Positions 17,301-24,783 of a stretch of 64,000 bases of DNA are shown one piece after another. Source of the stretch: an uncultured Actinomycetes bacterium (GTDB lineage Bacteria > Actinomycetota > Thermoleophilia > Solirubrobacterales > Solirubrobacteraceae); contig OY970068.1 of the NCBI GenBank assembly GCA_963705315.1, positions 70,324 to 134,323 of the forward strand, given 5' to 3'. Within the stretch, counting starts at the first letter, position 1; the number at the start of each line of letters is the position of its first letter. The notes under the pieces were generated by a model. It was not told where the DNA came from and searched no databases. It saw only the letters and a list, made by a program, of their open reading frames with translations. The position numbers were made by a program, and so were the translations under genes.

Positions 17301-17361
17301 CTAGCGCCTGGGCGGAAAACCCGGGTCTTGCCGCGCTGACGGGTGTGGAACAGATTGCCGA

Positions 17362-17496
17362 TCAGACGCTCTCAGTGTCTCGAAGCGCTGCGACCTGTCG
17401 GTGGCGGCGGGCCGCTTCGATCGCGTCGATGGGTAGAAAGAGTGGGCAGCCGACGTGGTCCTCGCGGTGCAGCAAGTTGTTGGCGATGACGGTCAC
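17362..17496 (-). CDS. 44-codon ORF translationally coupled (GTGA) to the upstream membrane-protein gene; possibly a gene fragment
   Basis: GTG 17494..17496 overlaps TGA 17493..17495. The product is MTVIANNLLHREDHVGCPLFLPIDAIEAARRHRQVAALRDTESV. I recognise no family. Confidence 0.2.
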   Translation of the reverse strand: MTVIANNLLHREDHVGCPLFLPIDAIEAARRHRQVAALRDTESV

Positions 17497-17906
17497 TTCG
17501 CAGCCGCCTTGGCGTCGGGCGTCGGGCGACGGGCGACGGGCGACGAGGTTCCGTAGAAGAGGAACGCGGCACCGGCGGTCGCGGGCACTGCGAACAGGGC
17601 GATGATGACGGCCGCGTTGAGCGCGTGAGCGAGCAGGCCTGATGCGCGTAGCGGCTGCGGCCAGCGGTGCGCTCGCGCCGCGAGGGCGCCGGGGATCACG
17701 GCAGGCATCGCGACAAGCCCGAGTGCGGCGTCTTGTGCGTCGGGGTCGCGCCAGAGCAGCGCGAGCGCGATGAGCGTGATGCCGAGGAGCGCGCGAGCGA
17801 TAACACCGGCTGGTCCGATCGCGCTGGCGCAGGCGGCGGCGAGCTTGGCGGGGTGGCTCACGGTGTCAAACGCTGCGCTGCTGCCGGCGGGTGGTGGCGC
17901 TGGCAC
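17493..17906 (-). CDS. hypothetical membrane protein, divergent from the ArsR-family regulator
   Basis: 137-aa GTG ORF with 3-4 hydrophobic segments (VIARALLGITLIALALLW, LGLVAMPAVIPGALAA, LNAAVIIALFAVPATAGAAFLFY). It shares the palindromic operator region with the regulator. Confidence 0.4.
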   Translation of the reverse strand: MPAPPPAGSSAAFDTVSHPAKLAAACASAIGPAGVIARALLGITLIALALLWRDPDAQDAALGLVAMPAVIPGALAARAHRWPQPLRASGLLAHALNAAVIIALFAVPATAGAAFLFYGTSSPVARRPTPDAKAAAK

Positions 17907-17910
17907 TGGT

Positions 17911-17932
17911 CATGTCAGGTTATACTGACATG
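17911..17932. promoter_or_regulatory. perfect 8-6-8 palindrome: candidate ArsR-type operator overlapping divergent -10 elements
   Basis: CATGTCAG-GTTATA-CTGACATG. The centre reads TATACT on the + strand, ending about 7 nt before GTG 17934. On the - strand it reads TATAAC, about 10 nt before GTG 17906. This suggests two leaderless or near-leaderless transcripts. Confidence 0.45.
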
Positions 17933-17933
17933 A

Positions 17934-18308
17934 GTGTCTGAGAACGCAACGATCGGCGGGCCGTTCTTGCTGCCGCAGCGCCCGACCGAGCCCGATCTGG
18001 TCGCGAAGTACTTCAAGGTGCTGTCTGATCCCGCGCGGGTTCGTGTGCTCGAGCTGCTGCGCGAGCGCGGCGAGCTGTCGGTCGGGCAGCTGACCGAGGC
18101 GCTGGGGCTGGGGCGTACGAATTTGTCCAATCACCTTGGGTGTCTGCGCTGGTGTGGGTTCGTGCTCACGCGTCGCCAGCACCGCACTATCTACTACCGC
18201 GTCGCCGACGCGCGGGTCAGCGAGCTGCTGGCGCTCGGCCGCGCGCTGCTTGAGGACAACGCCGAGCACGTCGCCGCGTGCCGGCGCGTCGATTCGAAGG
18301 GACGCTGA
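17934..18308 (+). CDS. ArsR/SmtB-family metal-sensing repressor (CmtR-like cysteine pattern)
   Basis: The HTH core is LSDPARVRVLELL...LSVGQLTEALGLGRTNLSNHLGCLRWCGFV. It has a C-x3-C pair in the recognition-helix region and a C-terminal Cys (HVAACRR), as in CmtR-type Cd/Pb/Hg sensors. Confidence 0.75.
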   Translation: MSENATIGGPFLLPQRPTEPDLVAKYFKVLSDPARVRVLELLRERGELSVGQLTEALGLGRTNLSNHLGCLRWCGFVLTRRQHRTIYYRVADARVSELLALGRALLEDNAEHVAACRRVDSKGR

Positions 18309-18571
18309 TGGACGACAAGCCAAAGGGGCTACGGGGCACTCCCAGGACGGGGTTCGCCGCGCTGGGTATCGGGACGTTTGCGGTCGTGTGCTGCGCCGGC
18401 TTGCCGTTGCTCGCCGGGGTGCTGGGCGGTGTTGCGCTGGGCAGCGTGCTTGGTGTCGGTGCGGGTTTGCTGGCCGTGATCGTCGTGATCGCCTTGGTCG
18501 TGGTGCGAGCGCGCCGACAGCGCGCGTGCGCGACAGCGCGCGTCACGCCGCGTCGTGGCGGTCAGGCATGA
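18308..18571 (+). CDS. small two-TM membrane protein with a vicinal Cys pair (MerF-like metal uptake protein)
   Basis: ATG 18308 overlaps the regulator's TGA by 1 nt. The 87-aa product has FAVVCCAGLPLLAGVLGGVALG in TM1, comparable to the LVALCCFTPVLV motif of MerF. A second TM follows, with one more Cys after it. Confidence 0.5.
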   Translation: MDDKPKGLRGTPRTGFAALGIGTFAVVCCAGLPLLAGVLGGVALGSVLGVGAGLLAVIVVIALVVVRARRQRACATARVTPRRGGQA

Positions 18572-19917
18572 GCGCGGCGCGCTACGGCGCGGTCGTGATC
18601 GGCGGCGGCCCGGCCGGAGAGGTCGCCGTCTCACGCCTGAACGCGCAGGGCCTCAGGGTCGCGCTGGTCGAGCGTGAGCTGGTCGGCGGCGAGTGCGCCT
18701 ATTGGGCGTGCATCCCGTCAAAGGTGCTCATGCGCCCGCCCGAGGCGCGCGGGGAAGCCACGCGTGCGGCCGGCGTCGCGACGCCCGCGATCGACTGGCC
18801 GCAGGTCGCGGCGTACCGCGACTACATGATCCGCAACCTCGACGACGCCGCGCAGGTCAAGGCCTACCGCGACGACGGCATCGACGTCTTCAAAGGCGAC
18901 GCCCGGATCGACGGGCCCGGCCACGTCGCCGTCGACGGGCAGGTGCTTGTGACCGAGCGGATCGTCGTCGCAACCGGCAGTGATGCGCGGATCCCGCCGA
19001 TCGACGGTCTCGTGCAGGCGGGCTACTGGACCAACCGTGAGGCAACGACGCTCACCGACATCCCGGACAGCGTCGTGATCCTTGGCGGCGGCCCCTTCGG
19101 CGTCGAGCTCGGCCAGTTCATGCGCCGCTTCGGAACACGCGTGACGATCGTCGATCACGGTGATCGGCTCATCTCGCGTGACGACCCGGTCGTCGGCGAG
19201 CTGATCGCCACAGCCCTGCGCGCCGAAGGCATCGAACTGCGGCTCGGCGCGAAGGCCGTCAGCGTGACGCTCACAGATGGCGTGCGTGTCGTGCTGCTCG
19301 ACGACGGCGAGCAGGTCAGCGGACGCGAGCTGCTGGTCGCGACCGGCCGTGCGCCGCGGGTGCACGACATCGGCCTTGAGAGCATCGCCATCACGCCCGA
19401 TCCAGCGGGCCTACAGGTCGACGAGCGCTGCCGTGCCGCGGAGGGCGTGTGGGCGATCGGCGACGTCACCGGCGTGCTGGCGTTCACGCACGTCGGGATG
19501 TACCAGGGGCGCATCACCGCGGCCGACATCGCCGGTGAAACGGTCCGCGCGGACTACACCGCGATCCCACGCGTCGTCTTCACGGACCCCGAGATCGCCG
19601 CCGTCGGCCTGACCGAACACCAGGCCCGCGAGCAGGGCATCCCGGTCGCGACCTCGCGTGTCGCGCTGGCCGACACGATCGCGCGACCGTGGACCTATCA
19701 GCAGGACCCCGGCGGCGAGCTCGGGCTGATCGGCGACCGTGATCGCCAGGTGCTGATCGGCGCGTGGGCGGTCGCTCCGCTGGCCGGCGAATGGATCCAT
19801 TACGCAGCGCTGGCGATCAAGACCCAGACGCCGCTGTCGGTGCTGCGCGACACCGTCGCGCAGTTCCCCACCTTCACCGAGGCCTACCTCAAAGCAGCTG
19901 AGCGCCTTGACGCCTGA
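18568..19917 (+). CDS. class I pyridine nucleotide-disulfide oxidoreductase: MerA-like paralog lacking the C-terminal Cys pair
   Basis: Internal ATG 18568 in an ATGA overlap with the upstream stop. Motifs are VVIGGGPAGE, the redox-active GGECAYWACIPSK, and an NAD motif ILGGGPFGVELG. It ends ...FTEAYLKAAERLDA with no CC. Confidence 0.75.
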   Translation: MSAARYGAVVIGGGPAGEVAVSRLNAQGLRVALVERELVGGECAYWACIPSKVLMRPPEARGEATRAAGVATPAIDWPQVAAYRDYMIRNLDDAAQVKAYRDDGIDVFKGDARIDGPGHVAVDGQVLVTERIVVATGSDARIPPIDGLVQAGYWTNREATTLTDIPDSVVILGGGPFGVELGQFMRRFGTRVTIVDHGDRLISRDDPVVGELIATALRAEGIELRLGAKAVSVTLTDGVRVVLLDDGEQVSGRELLVATGRAPRVHDIGLESIAITPDPAGLQVDERCRAAEGVWAIGDVTGVLAFTHVGMYQGRITAADIAGETVRADYTAIPRVVFTDPEIAAVGLTEHQAREQGIPVATSRVALADTIARPWTYQQDPGGELGLIGDRDRQVLIGAWAVAPLAGEWIHYAALAIKTQTPLSVLRDTVAQFPTFTEAYLKAAERLDA

Positions 19918-21316
19918 CCGCGACCACGCTGATCACACGTACGACCTGGCGATCGTCGGTTCGGGTGGCGGCGCGTTCGCCGCGGCGATCGCCGCGCGCC
20001 GACGCGACCTGCGTGTCGTCATGATCGAGCACGCCACGGTCGGCGGGACGTGCGTGAACGTCGGCTGCATCCCGTCCAAGGCGCTGCTGGCCGCCGCCGA
20101 AACCCGCCACCGCGCCGGCCACGACCGCTTTGCCGGCATCAGCACGCACGCCGGACCGGTCGACTTCGCGGCGCTGATCGCCGGCAAGGACGAGATCGTC
20201 AACGGCTTGCGCCAGGAGAAGTACCTCGACATCGCCGCCGAGTACGACATCGAGCTCGTCCACGGCCACGCGCGCTTCATCAATGGTCCCGCGCTGGATA
20301 TCGACGGGCGCCGCATCGACGCCGCGCACTACCTGATCGCGACCGGCAGCCAACCGCACATCCCCGACATTCCCGGGCTGGCCGACAGCGGCTACCTGAC
20401 GTCGACCTCGGCGATGGAGCTCGAGCAGTTGCCCGCGTCGATGATCGTCATCGGCGGCGGGTACGTCGCGATGGAGCAAGCCCAGCTGTTCTCCCACCTC
20501 GGCACCCGCGTGACGATGCTCGTGCGCTCAAGATTGGCGCGCGGCGAGGAACCCGAGCTCGCCCAGAGCATCCGCGACGCGTTCACCGAGCAGGGCATCG
20601 AGATCCATGAGGGCATCCAGGCGACCGCCGTGCGCCGCGACGGCGACGGCGACGTCACGCTCACAGCGGGCGACCGCGAGTTTCGAGCCGCGCGAATGCT
20701 GCTCGCCACGGGCCGGACGCCGAGCACATCCGGCCTCGGCCTGCAGGGCATCGGCGTGCAGACAGGGGCTCGTGGCGAGGTCGTCGTCGACGAGCACACG
20801 AGCACCACCAATCCGCGGGTATGGGCGGCCGGCGACGTCACCGGTCATCCGCAGTTCGTGTACGTCGCCGCCAAGCACGGCAGCATGGTCGTCGACAACG
20901 CCTTTGACCGGGCCGGGCGACGAATCGACTACCAGGCATTGCCGCGGATCACCTTCACCACCCCGACACTCGCCTCAGCAGGCCTCACCGAAGCCCAAGC
21001 CATCGATCACGGCCTGCGCTGCGAGTCGCGCGTGCTCGCGCTCGAACACGTCCCACGCGCGATCGTCAGCCGCAACACCAGCGGCATGGTCAAGCTCGTC
21101 GCCGAGCGCGACAGCGGCCGAATTCTCGGGGTGCACCTACTCGCCGACGGCGCAGGCGACGCCATCCTCGCCGGCGTCTACGCGATCCAGGCCGCATTGA
21201 CGGTCGCGCAGCTCGCGTCAAGCTGGAACCCGTACCTGACGATCGGCGAGGCGATCCACCTCACGGCGCAGTCCTTCACCCTCGACCCCAGCAAACTGTC
21301 GTGCTGCGCGGCGTGA
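19907..21316 (+). CDS. merA: mercuric reductase core (no N-terminal HMA/NmerA domain)
   Basis: Motifs are YDLAIVGSGGGAF, the redox-active GGTCVNVGCIPSK, and the C-terminal vicinal cysteines KLSCCAA* that are diagnostic of MerA. The TTG start overlaps the preceding gene by 11 nt. Confidence 0.8.
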   Translation: MTPDRDHADHTYDLAIVGSGGGAFAAAIAARRRDLRVVMIEHATVGGTCVNVGCIPSKALLAAAETRHRAGHDRFAGISTHAGPVDFAALIAGKDEIVNGLRQEKYLDIAAEYDIELVHGHARFINGPALDIDGRRIDAAHYLIATGSQPHIPDIPGLADSGYLTSTSAMELEQLPASMIVIGGGYVAMEQAQLFSHLGTRVTMLVRSRLARGEEPELAQSIRDAFTEQGIEIHEGIQATAVRRDGDGDVTLTAGDREFRAARMLLATGRTPSTSGLGLQGIGVQTGARGEVVVDEHTSTTNPRVWAAGDVTGHPQFVYVAAKHGSMVVDNAFDRAGRRIDYQALPRITFTTPTLASAGLTEAQAIDHGLRCESRVLALEHVPRAIVSRNTSGMVKLVAERDSGRILGVHLLADGAGDAILAGVYAIQAALTVAQLASSWNPYLTIGEAIHLTAQSFTLDPSKLSCCAA

Positions 21317-21496
21317 GCACGCGAAACCGGGTGTCGCACAGACCACGCGCGGTCACGGCGACCGCGACGCGCTCGACGGTCATTGCGTTCACGGTCGTGA
21401 GCTGGGTGCGCGGGCGAGCATTATCGCCATCAGTGCTGGGGCTGCCGGGCCAGATCGAACGCCCGTCGCTGCTATGACCGAGAAAGCAGGAGCAAC

Positions 21497-22153
21497 ATGA
21501 AACGCGAGCAGAGCGCCGAGACACCACGGAGACGGCAGCCGTTGAGCCGGGTGAGCGGCACGGGGGTAGACGAACCGGTCGGTGGGCGATCAGCGCCGCC
21601 GTGCTGGCGGCGCTTGTCACGCTTGTCGTCGTGGCAACACAGCGCGCACCCGCCCGGGGGGTCGCCCCTCCTCAAACAGGACGTTGCGCAGCAGAACTCG
21701 ACGAGCGCAACCGCAGATGACGGGCAGGCGTCCAGCAAGACCGTGCGGAGCTTCTCGCTCGCGGACGTTGATGGCCGCCAGGTCATGCGACCGTCGGGGC
21801 GCAGGCCCGGCGTGCTGGTGTTCACCGCGAGCAATTGCTCGCCGTGCATCGTTCAGGCCCCCGGCCTACTCGCCGAGATGCGCAAGTTCGGCTCACGAGC
21901 GGAGATCCTGACGGTGAGCATTGACCCCGGCGACTCCAGTTCAGCGCTGCGCGATGCGTTCAAGCCCGCGATCGGCAGCGCTCGGAACTATCCGCTGGCC
22001 GTCGACCGAAGCGGTCAGCTGGCGCCGGCCTTCGGCGTGACCGCGACAGGCACCGAGATCGTCTATGACCGCGCGGGCCGCGAGGTGTAGCGCGGCGTAT
22101 CAAGCCCGGTGAGCGAGATTGGCGCGGCGTTGCGCAAGGCTGGCGCCGCGTGA
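21497..22153 (+). pseudogene. TlpA/ResA-like membrane-anchored thioredoxin-fold protein, apparently disrupted (in-frame TAG at 22088; membrane anchor in another frame)
   Basis: AGGAG lies 5 nt upstream of ATG 21497. The thioredoxin motif is VLVFTASNCSPCIVQAP. TAG 22088..22090 is followed in frame by RGVSSPVSEIGAALRKAGAA and TGA 22151..22153, which overlaps the GTG of the ccdA fragment. A signal-anchor (RRTGRWAISAAVLAALVTLVVVATQ) is encoded in the +2 frame between the G5 run at 21562..21566 and the G6 run at 21656..21661. Confidence 0.55.
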
Positions 22154-22245
22154 GCGCGGCGGTGTCGTTTGCCTTCGCGGCGGGACTGCTGGCCACCGTC
22201 AACCCGTGTGGCTTCACGATGCTGCCGTCCTTTCTGACGTTCTAG
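22150..22245 (+). pseudogene. CcdA/DsbD-family cytochrome c biogenesis protein: N-terminal 31-codon fragment
   Basis: VSAAVSFAFAAGLLATVNPCGFTMLPSFLTF* carries the conserved NPC(G/A)F.MLP motif of CcdA TM1. The reading frame ends at TAG 22243..22245 and the similarity stops there. Confidence 0.6.
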
Positions 22246-22352
22246 GGAACGAGGCACCAACCGACAAGTAGGTCGGGATCGGGGGTCTACGGAGAGTTCG
22301 TGCGGACAACCGGGTCAGGCCGTGCGGCGCCCAGCCTGAGTCATGTGGTCGA

Positions 22353-22865
22353 TCAGCGCAGGTACGTGTTGCGTGGTCGCGCGAGCAGCAGCCAGACATT
22401 CAGCAGCGCAAACGCCGCGACGAAGTTCGCGCCGCACACCATGCACGTCTCCACGGTGACACCTTCCGCAAGCAGCGTCCCGAGGTCCTTCAGCAGCGTG
22501 ATTGCGACGCCGACGACGAAGGACAGCACGAGCGTGCGGCGCAGATGCTCACGCGCGAAGCCCCAGGCCGCGACGACGGGTGCCTTGGGCGGAGAAACCG
22601 GGTCGTTGTCGGCTGCGACGATGTTCAGGCGGGGGGACGTGCTGTGGGCGTCGAGGTGCGCGATGACGCGCTCGGCAAGCCCGTCGGGCGCCGCGCTGCT
22701 GATCGAGCGCAACTGCCGTCCGAGTGCGGTCAGCTCTTCGAGCGACCCGCGACACGCCACGCATTCGCGGAGGTGCTCGCGCACGCGACGGGTTTCGTCG
22801 TCTGGCAGCGCGCTATCGCGGTAGTCGCACAGTCGCGTGGACGCGAAGTGATGCTCGGCGCTCAC
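22353..22865 (-). CDS. anti-sigma factor: N-terminal zf-HC2 with a C-terminal two-TM domain
   Basis: The H-x3-C-x2-C motif is HLRECVACRG. The gene overlaps the ECF sigma stop by 4 nt. The C-terminal hydrophobic segments are TLVLSFVVGVAITLL and GANFVAAFALLNVWLLLA. Confidence 0.7.
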   Translation of the reverse strand: MSAEHHFASTRLCDYRDSALPDDETRRVREHLRECVACRGSLEELTALGRQLRSISSAAPDGLAERVIAHLDAHSTSPRLNIVAADNDPVSPPKAPVVAAWGFAREHLRRTLVLSFVVGVAITLLKDLGTLLAEGVTVETCMVCGANFVAAFALLNVWLLLARPRNTYLR

Positions 22866-23491
22866 AGCGAACCCCGCTGCCCCGCATCGTCGGCGAGTGC
22901 TGTGCGAAGCGTCCCGCGCGCGCGATGCAGACGGCTCTTGAACGCCGCCTCGCTCAGGCCGAGAGCCGATGCCGCTTGCGCGGTCGAGAGTCCCTCGACA
23001 TCGCGCAGCACGAGCGCTGCGCGCCGATCGACCGGTAGCGTCGAGATCGCGCGATCGAGCACGCGTCGTAGCTCGCTCTGCTCGGCACGGTCCGCTGGAC
23101 GTATCGAGCGGTCGGGTGACTCGTGCTCGCGGTGATCATCCAGCGGCAGAAGCCTCGCGTCAGCGCGGCGGTGCTGGCGTTCGGCGCGGCGCCTGGCCTC
23201 GTTGACGCCGATCCGGTACAGCCAGGTGAAGAATTGCGCGTCACCGCGAAACGCGGGCAGTCCACGCCACGCGCGCAGGAACGCGTCCTGTGTGACCTCC
23301 TCCGCTTCGTGCGCATCCGCGCACAATCGCACGACAACGGCGTACAGACCGGCGGCATGACGGCGCACGAGTTCGTCAAAGGCCGCCCGGTCGCCCCCTC
23401 GCGCGAGCGCCACGAGCGCGCGATCGTCCTCGATCAAGCGTGGCGCGACCATCCCGCCACGATAACCCGCTGTCGTGCGCTCGGACGCCAT
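22862..23491 (-). CDS. ECF-type RNA polymerase sigma-70 family factor
   Basis: Region 2 is AFDELVRRHAAGLYAVVVRLC...AEEVTQDAFLRAWRGLPAFRG...FFTWLYRIGVNEA. Region 4 is RAALVLRDVEGLSTAQAASALGLSEAAFKSRLHRAR. Confidence 0.85.
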   Translation of the reverse strand: MASERTTAGYRGGMVAPRLIEDDRALVALARGGDRAAFDELVRRHAAGLYAVVVRLCADAHEAEEVTQDAFLRAWRGLPAFRGDAQFFTWLYRIGVNEARRRAERQHRRADARLLPLDDHREHESPDRSIRPADRAEQSELRRVLDRAISTLPVDRRAALVLRDVEGLSTAQAASALGLSEAAFKSRLHRARGTLRTALADDAGQRGSL

Positions 23492-23888
23492 AGACCCTCA
23501 GACCCGGACGCCACCCCAACGATTCGTCGCGCTGCACCGATCGACGGGCGCCTGCGGTCGATGATGTTCCCGCGGAGTGGTCAGCGGTCGGCGAGCAGCG
23601 CGCAGATCACGTTTCGCGAGTCCGACGATGCCGGTCAGCACGGCATATCTGCGCGCGCCGGTGAGCGTGGCGTCGACGACGAGCGTCATGGTGCTGGCGT
23701 CGACGGGGTCTGTCTCGATGTCGAGTCGAGGCGCTGCGCGGCGATCGCGGGGGTCGCGCCAGGACCAGCGCCCCGCATCTCTGCTCTGAGGCTAGACAGA
23801 CCCCTTGCAGGGCAGCCGCGAGCGGAATCTTGAACCGATCTGCTGGTGCAGGGGTCCAACCCCGCGAACGGATCCTCTCTGAAAGGAC

Positions 23889-24401
23889 ATGATGAATCTC
23901 GCTCACGATCTGGACCGGCGCATCGCCTACGGCGTGGTCGGCGGGACCTTCGCAGGGCTGCTGTTCTTGCTGGCGAACATGTGGTACGCCGACGGGCAGG
24001 GCCTTCCTGCGGTCGCCCCGCTGTACGACATCTCAACGATCTTCTACTTCTCCGACAAGCCCGACCCGCAGCCGATCAATGCTGCTGTCGGCCTCGTCAT
24101 GCACCTGACGCTGGCAGCTGCGTTCGGGGCGATGCTCGCCGTGCTCGCTCCGCTGGCCCGCGGCGCAGCGCGCCTCGCCGGGCTCGCCGCCGCGTTCGGC
24201 CTTGTGCTGTACATCGTGAACTTCCAAATTCTCGGACGCCTTGTGTTCGAGTGGTTCCAGGTGGGACCCAATCAAACCTTCGAGGTCTTCGCGCACGTCG
24301 GGTACGGCCTGCTCGTCATTCCGTTCGTCATGCGCTTCGCGGCCGCGAGCAGCCGATCACCCGCCACCGCGCCTAGCGCGGCACGTCCGGCCGCCCGGTG
24401 A
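23889..24401 (+). CDS. hypothetical 4-TM membrane protein
   Basis: 170-aa ATG ORF with four hydrophobic segments. I recognise no family. Confidence 0.5.
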   Translation: MMNLAHDLDRRIAYGVVGGTFAGLLFLLANMWYADGQGLPAVAPLYDISTIFYFSDKPDPQPINAAVGLVMHLTLAAAFGAMLAVLAPLARGAARLAGLAAAFGLVLYIVNFQILGRLVFEWFQVGPNQTFEVFAHVGYGLLVIPFVMRFAAASSRSPATAPSAARPAAR

Positions 24402-24783
24402 CGTAGACCGAGATCACGGCGCACCCGGCGCCGCGATACCGTCGCAAGCCGCGCGACGGCGCGCGGCGCGGCGCGGCGCGGCGCGGACCGCCGTGCCTGC
24501 CGCGATCAGCTCGTCACGGCTCGACGGCGGCCAGTACGTCCGGCGCGGGACTACGAGCGTCACACGTAGGCCACGAGCCTGGGTAGCTGTCCCCACGTGC
24601 AAAGTAGAAGCCGAGCCGTTCGCTGAAGCGCCCATACTCACCGGCCTATACCCCGCCCCGCAACGCTTGCGCCCCGTAGGCTCCCCCGCGCTGACTGTGG
24701 CGCGATCGGGCGGCCGCGGGCCGCCTACTGGCGGCGGGAGCCTCTGCCGAGCAACTCAACGCGGAGCCAGCCGGCCCCCGCCA

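Noticed and set aside
22282-22319. GGGGTCTACGGAGAGTTCGTGCGGACAACCGGGTCAGG, a 38-nt stretch starting with GGGGTCT like many Tn3-family IRs. It lies just after the ccdA truncation point.
   Set aside because: I found no inverted partner anywhere in the window, and beyond GGGG it shows no similarity to the IRs at 15576 and 25551. It could be a relic IR of an older nested element, but one unmatched GGGG-initial sequence in GC-rich DNA is not evidence.
23543-23571. An ECF-type promoter, GGGAAC...CGTC, on the minus strand upstream of the sigma factor gene.
   Set aside because: The spacing of 19-20 nt between the GGAAC and CGTC elements is longer than the usual 16-18 nt, and such short motifs are frequent in GC-rich DNA. 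I mention it only as a testable idea in the findings and did not list it as a feature.
23498-23790. A minus-strand frame reading ...WSWRDPRDRRAAPRLDIETDPVDASTMTLVVDATLTGARRYAVLTGIVGLAKRDL..., which faintly resembles the C-terminal part of an SRPBCC/cyclase-type protein.
   Set aside because: There is no start codon, because the frame opens right after a TAG. The stretch is short and Arg-rich, and the similarity is only impressionistic. It may be a gene relic inside the transposon, but I cannot support that by eye.
24414-24680. Minus-strand fragments in the 510-bp gap upstream of tnpR, for example EYGRFSERLGFYFARGDSYPGSWPTCDARSPAPDVLAAVEP*.
   Set aside because: There is no start codon and an upstream in-frame stop, and I recognise no family. 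I treated it as possible relic DNA and did not annotate it.
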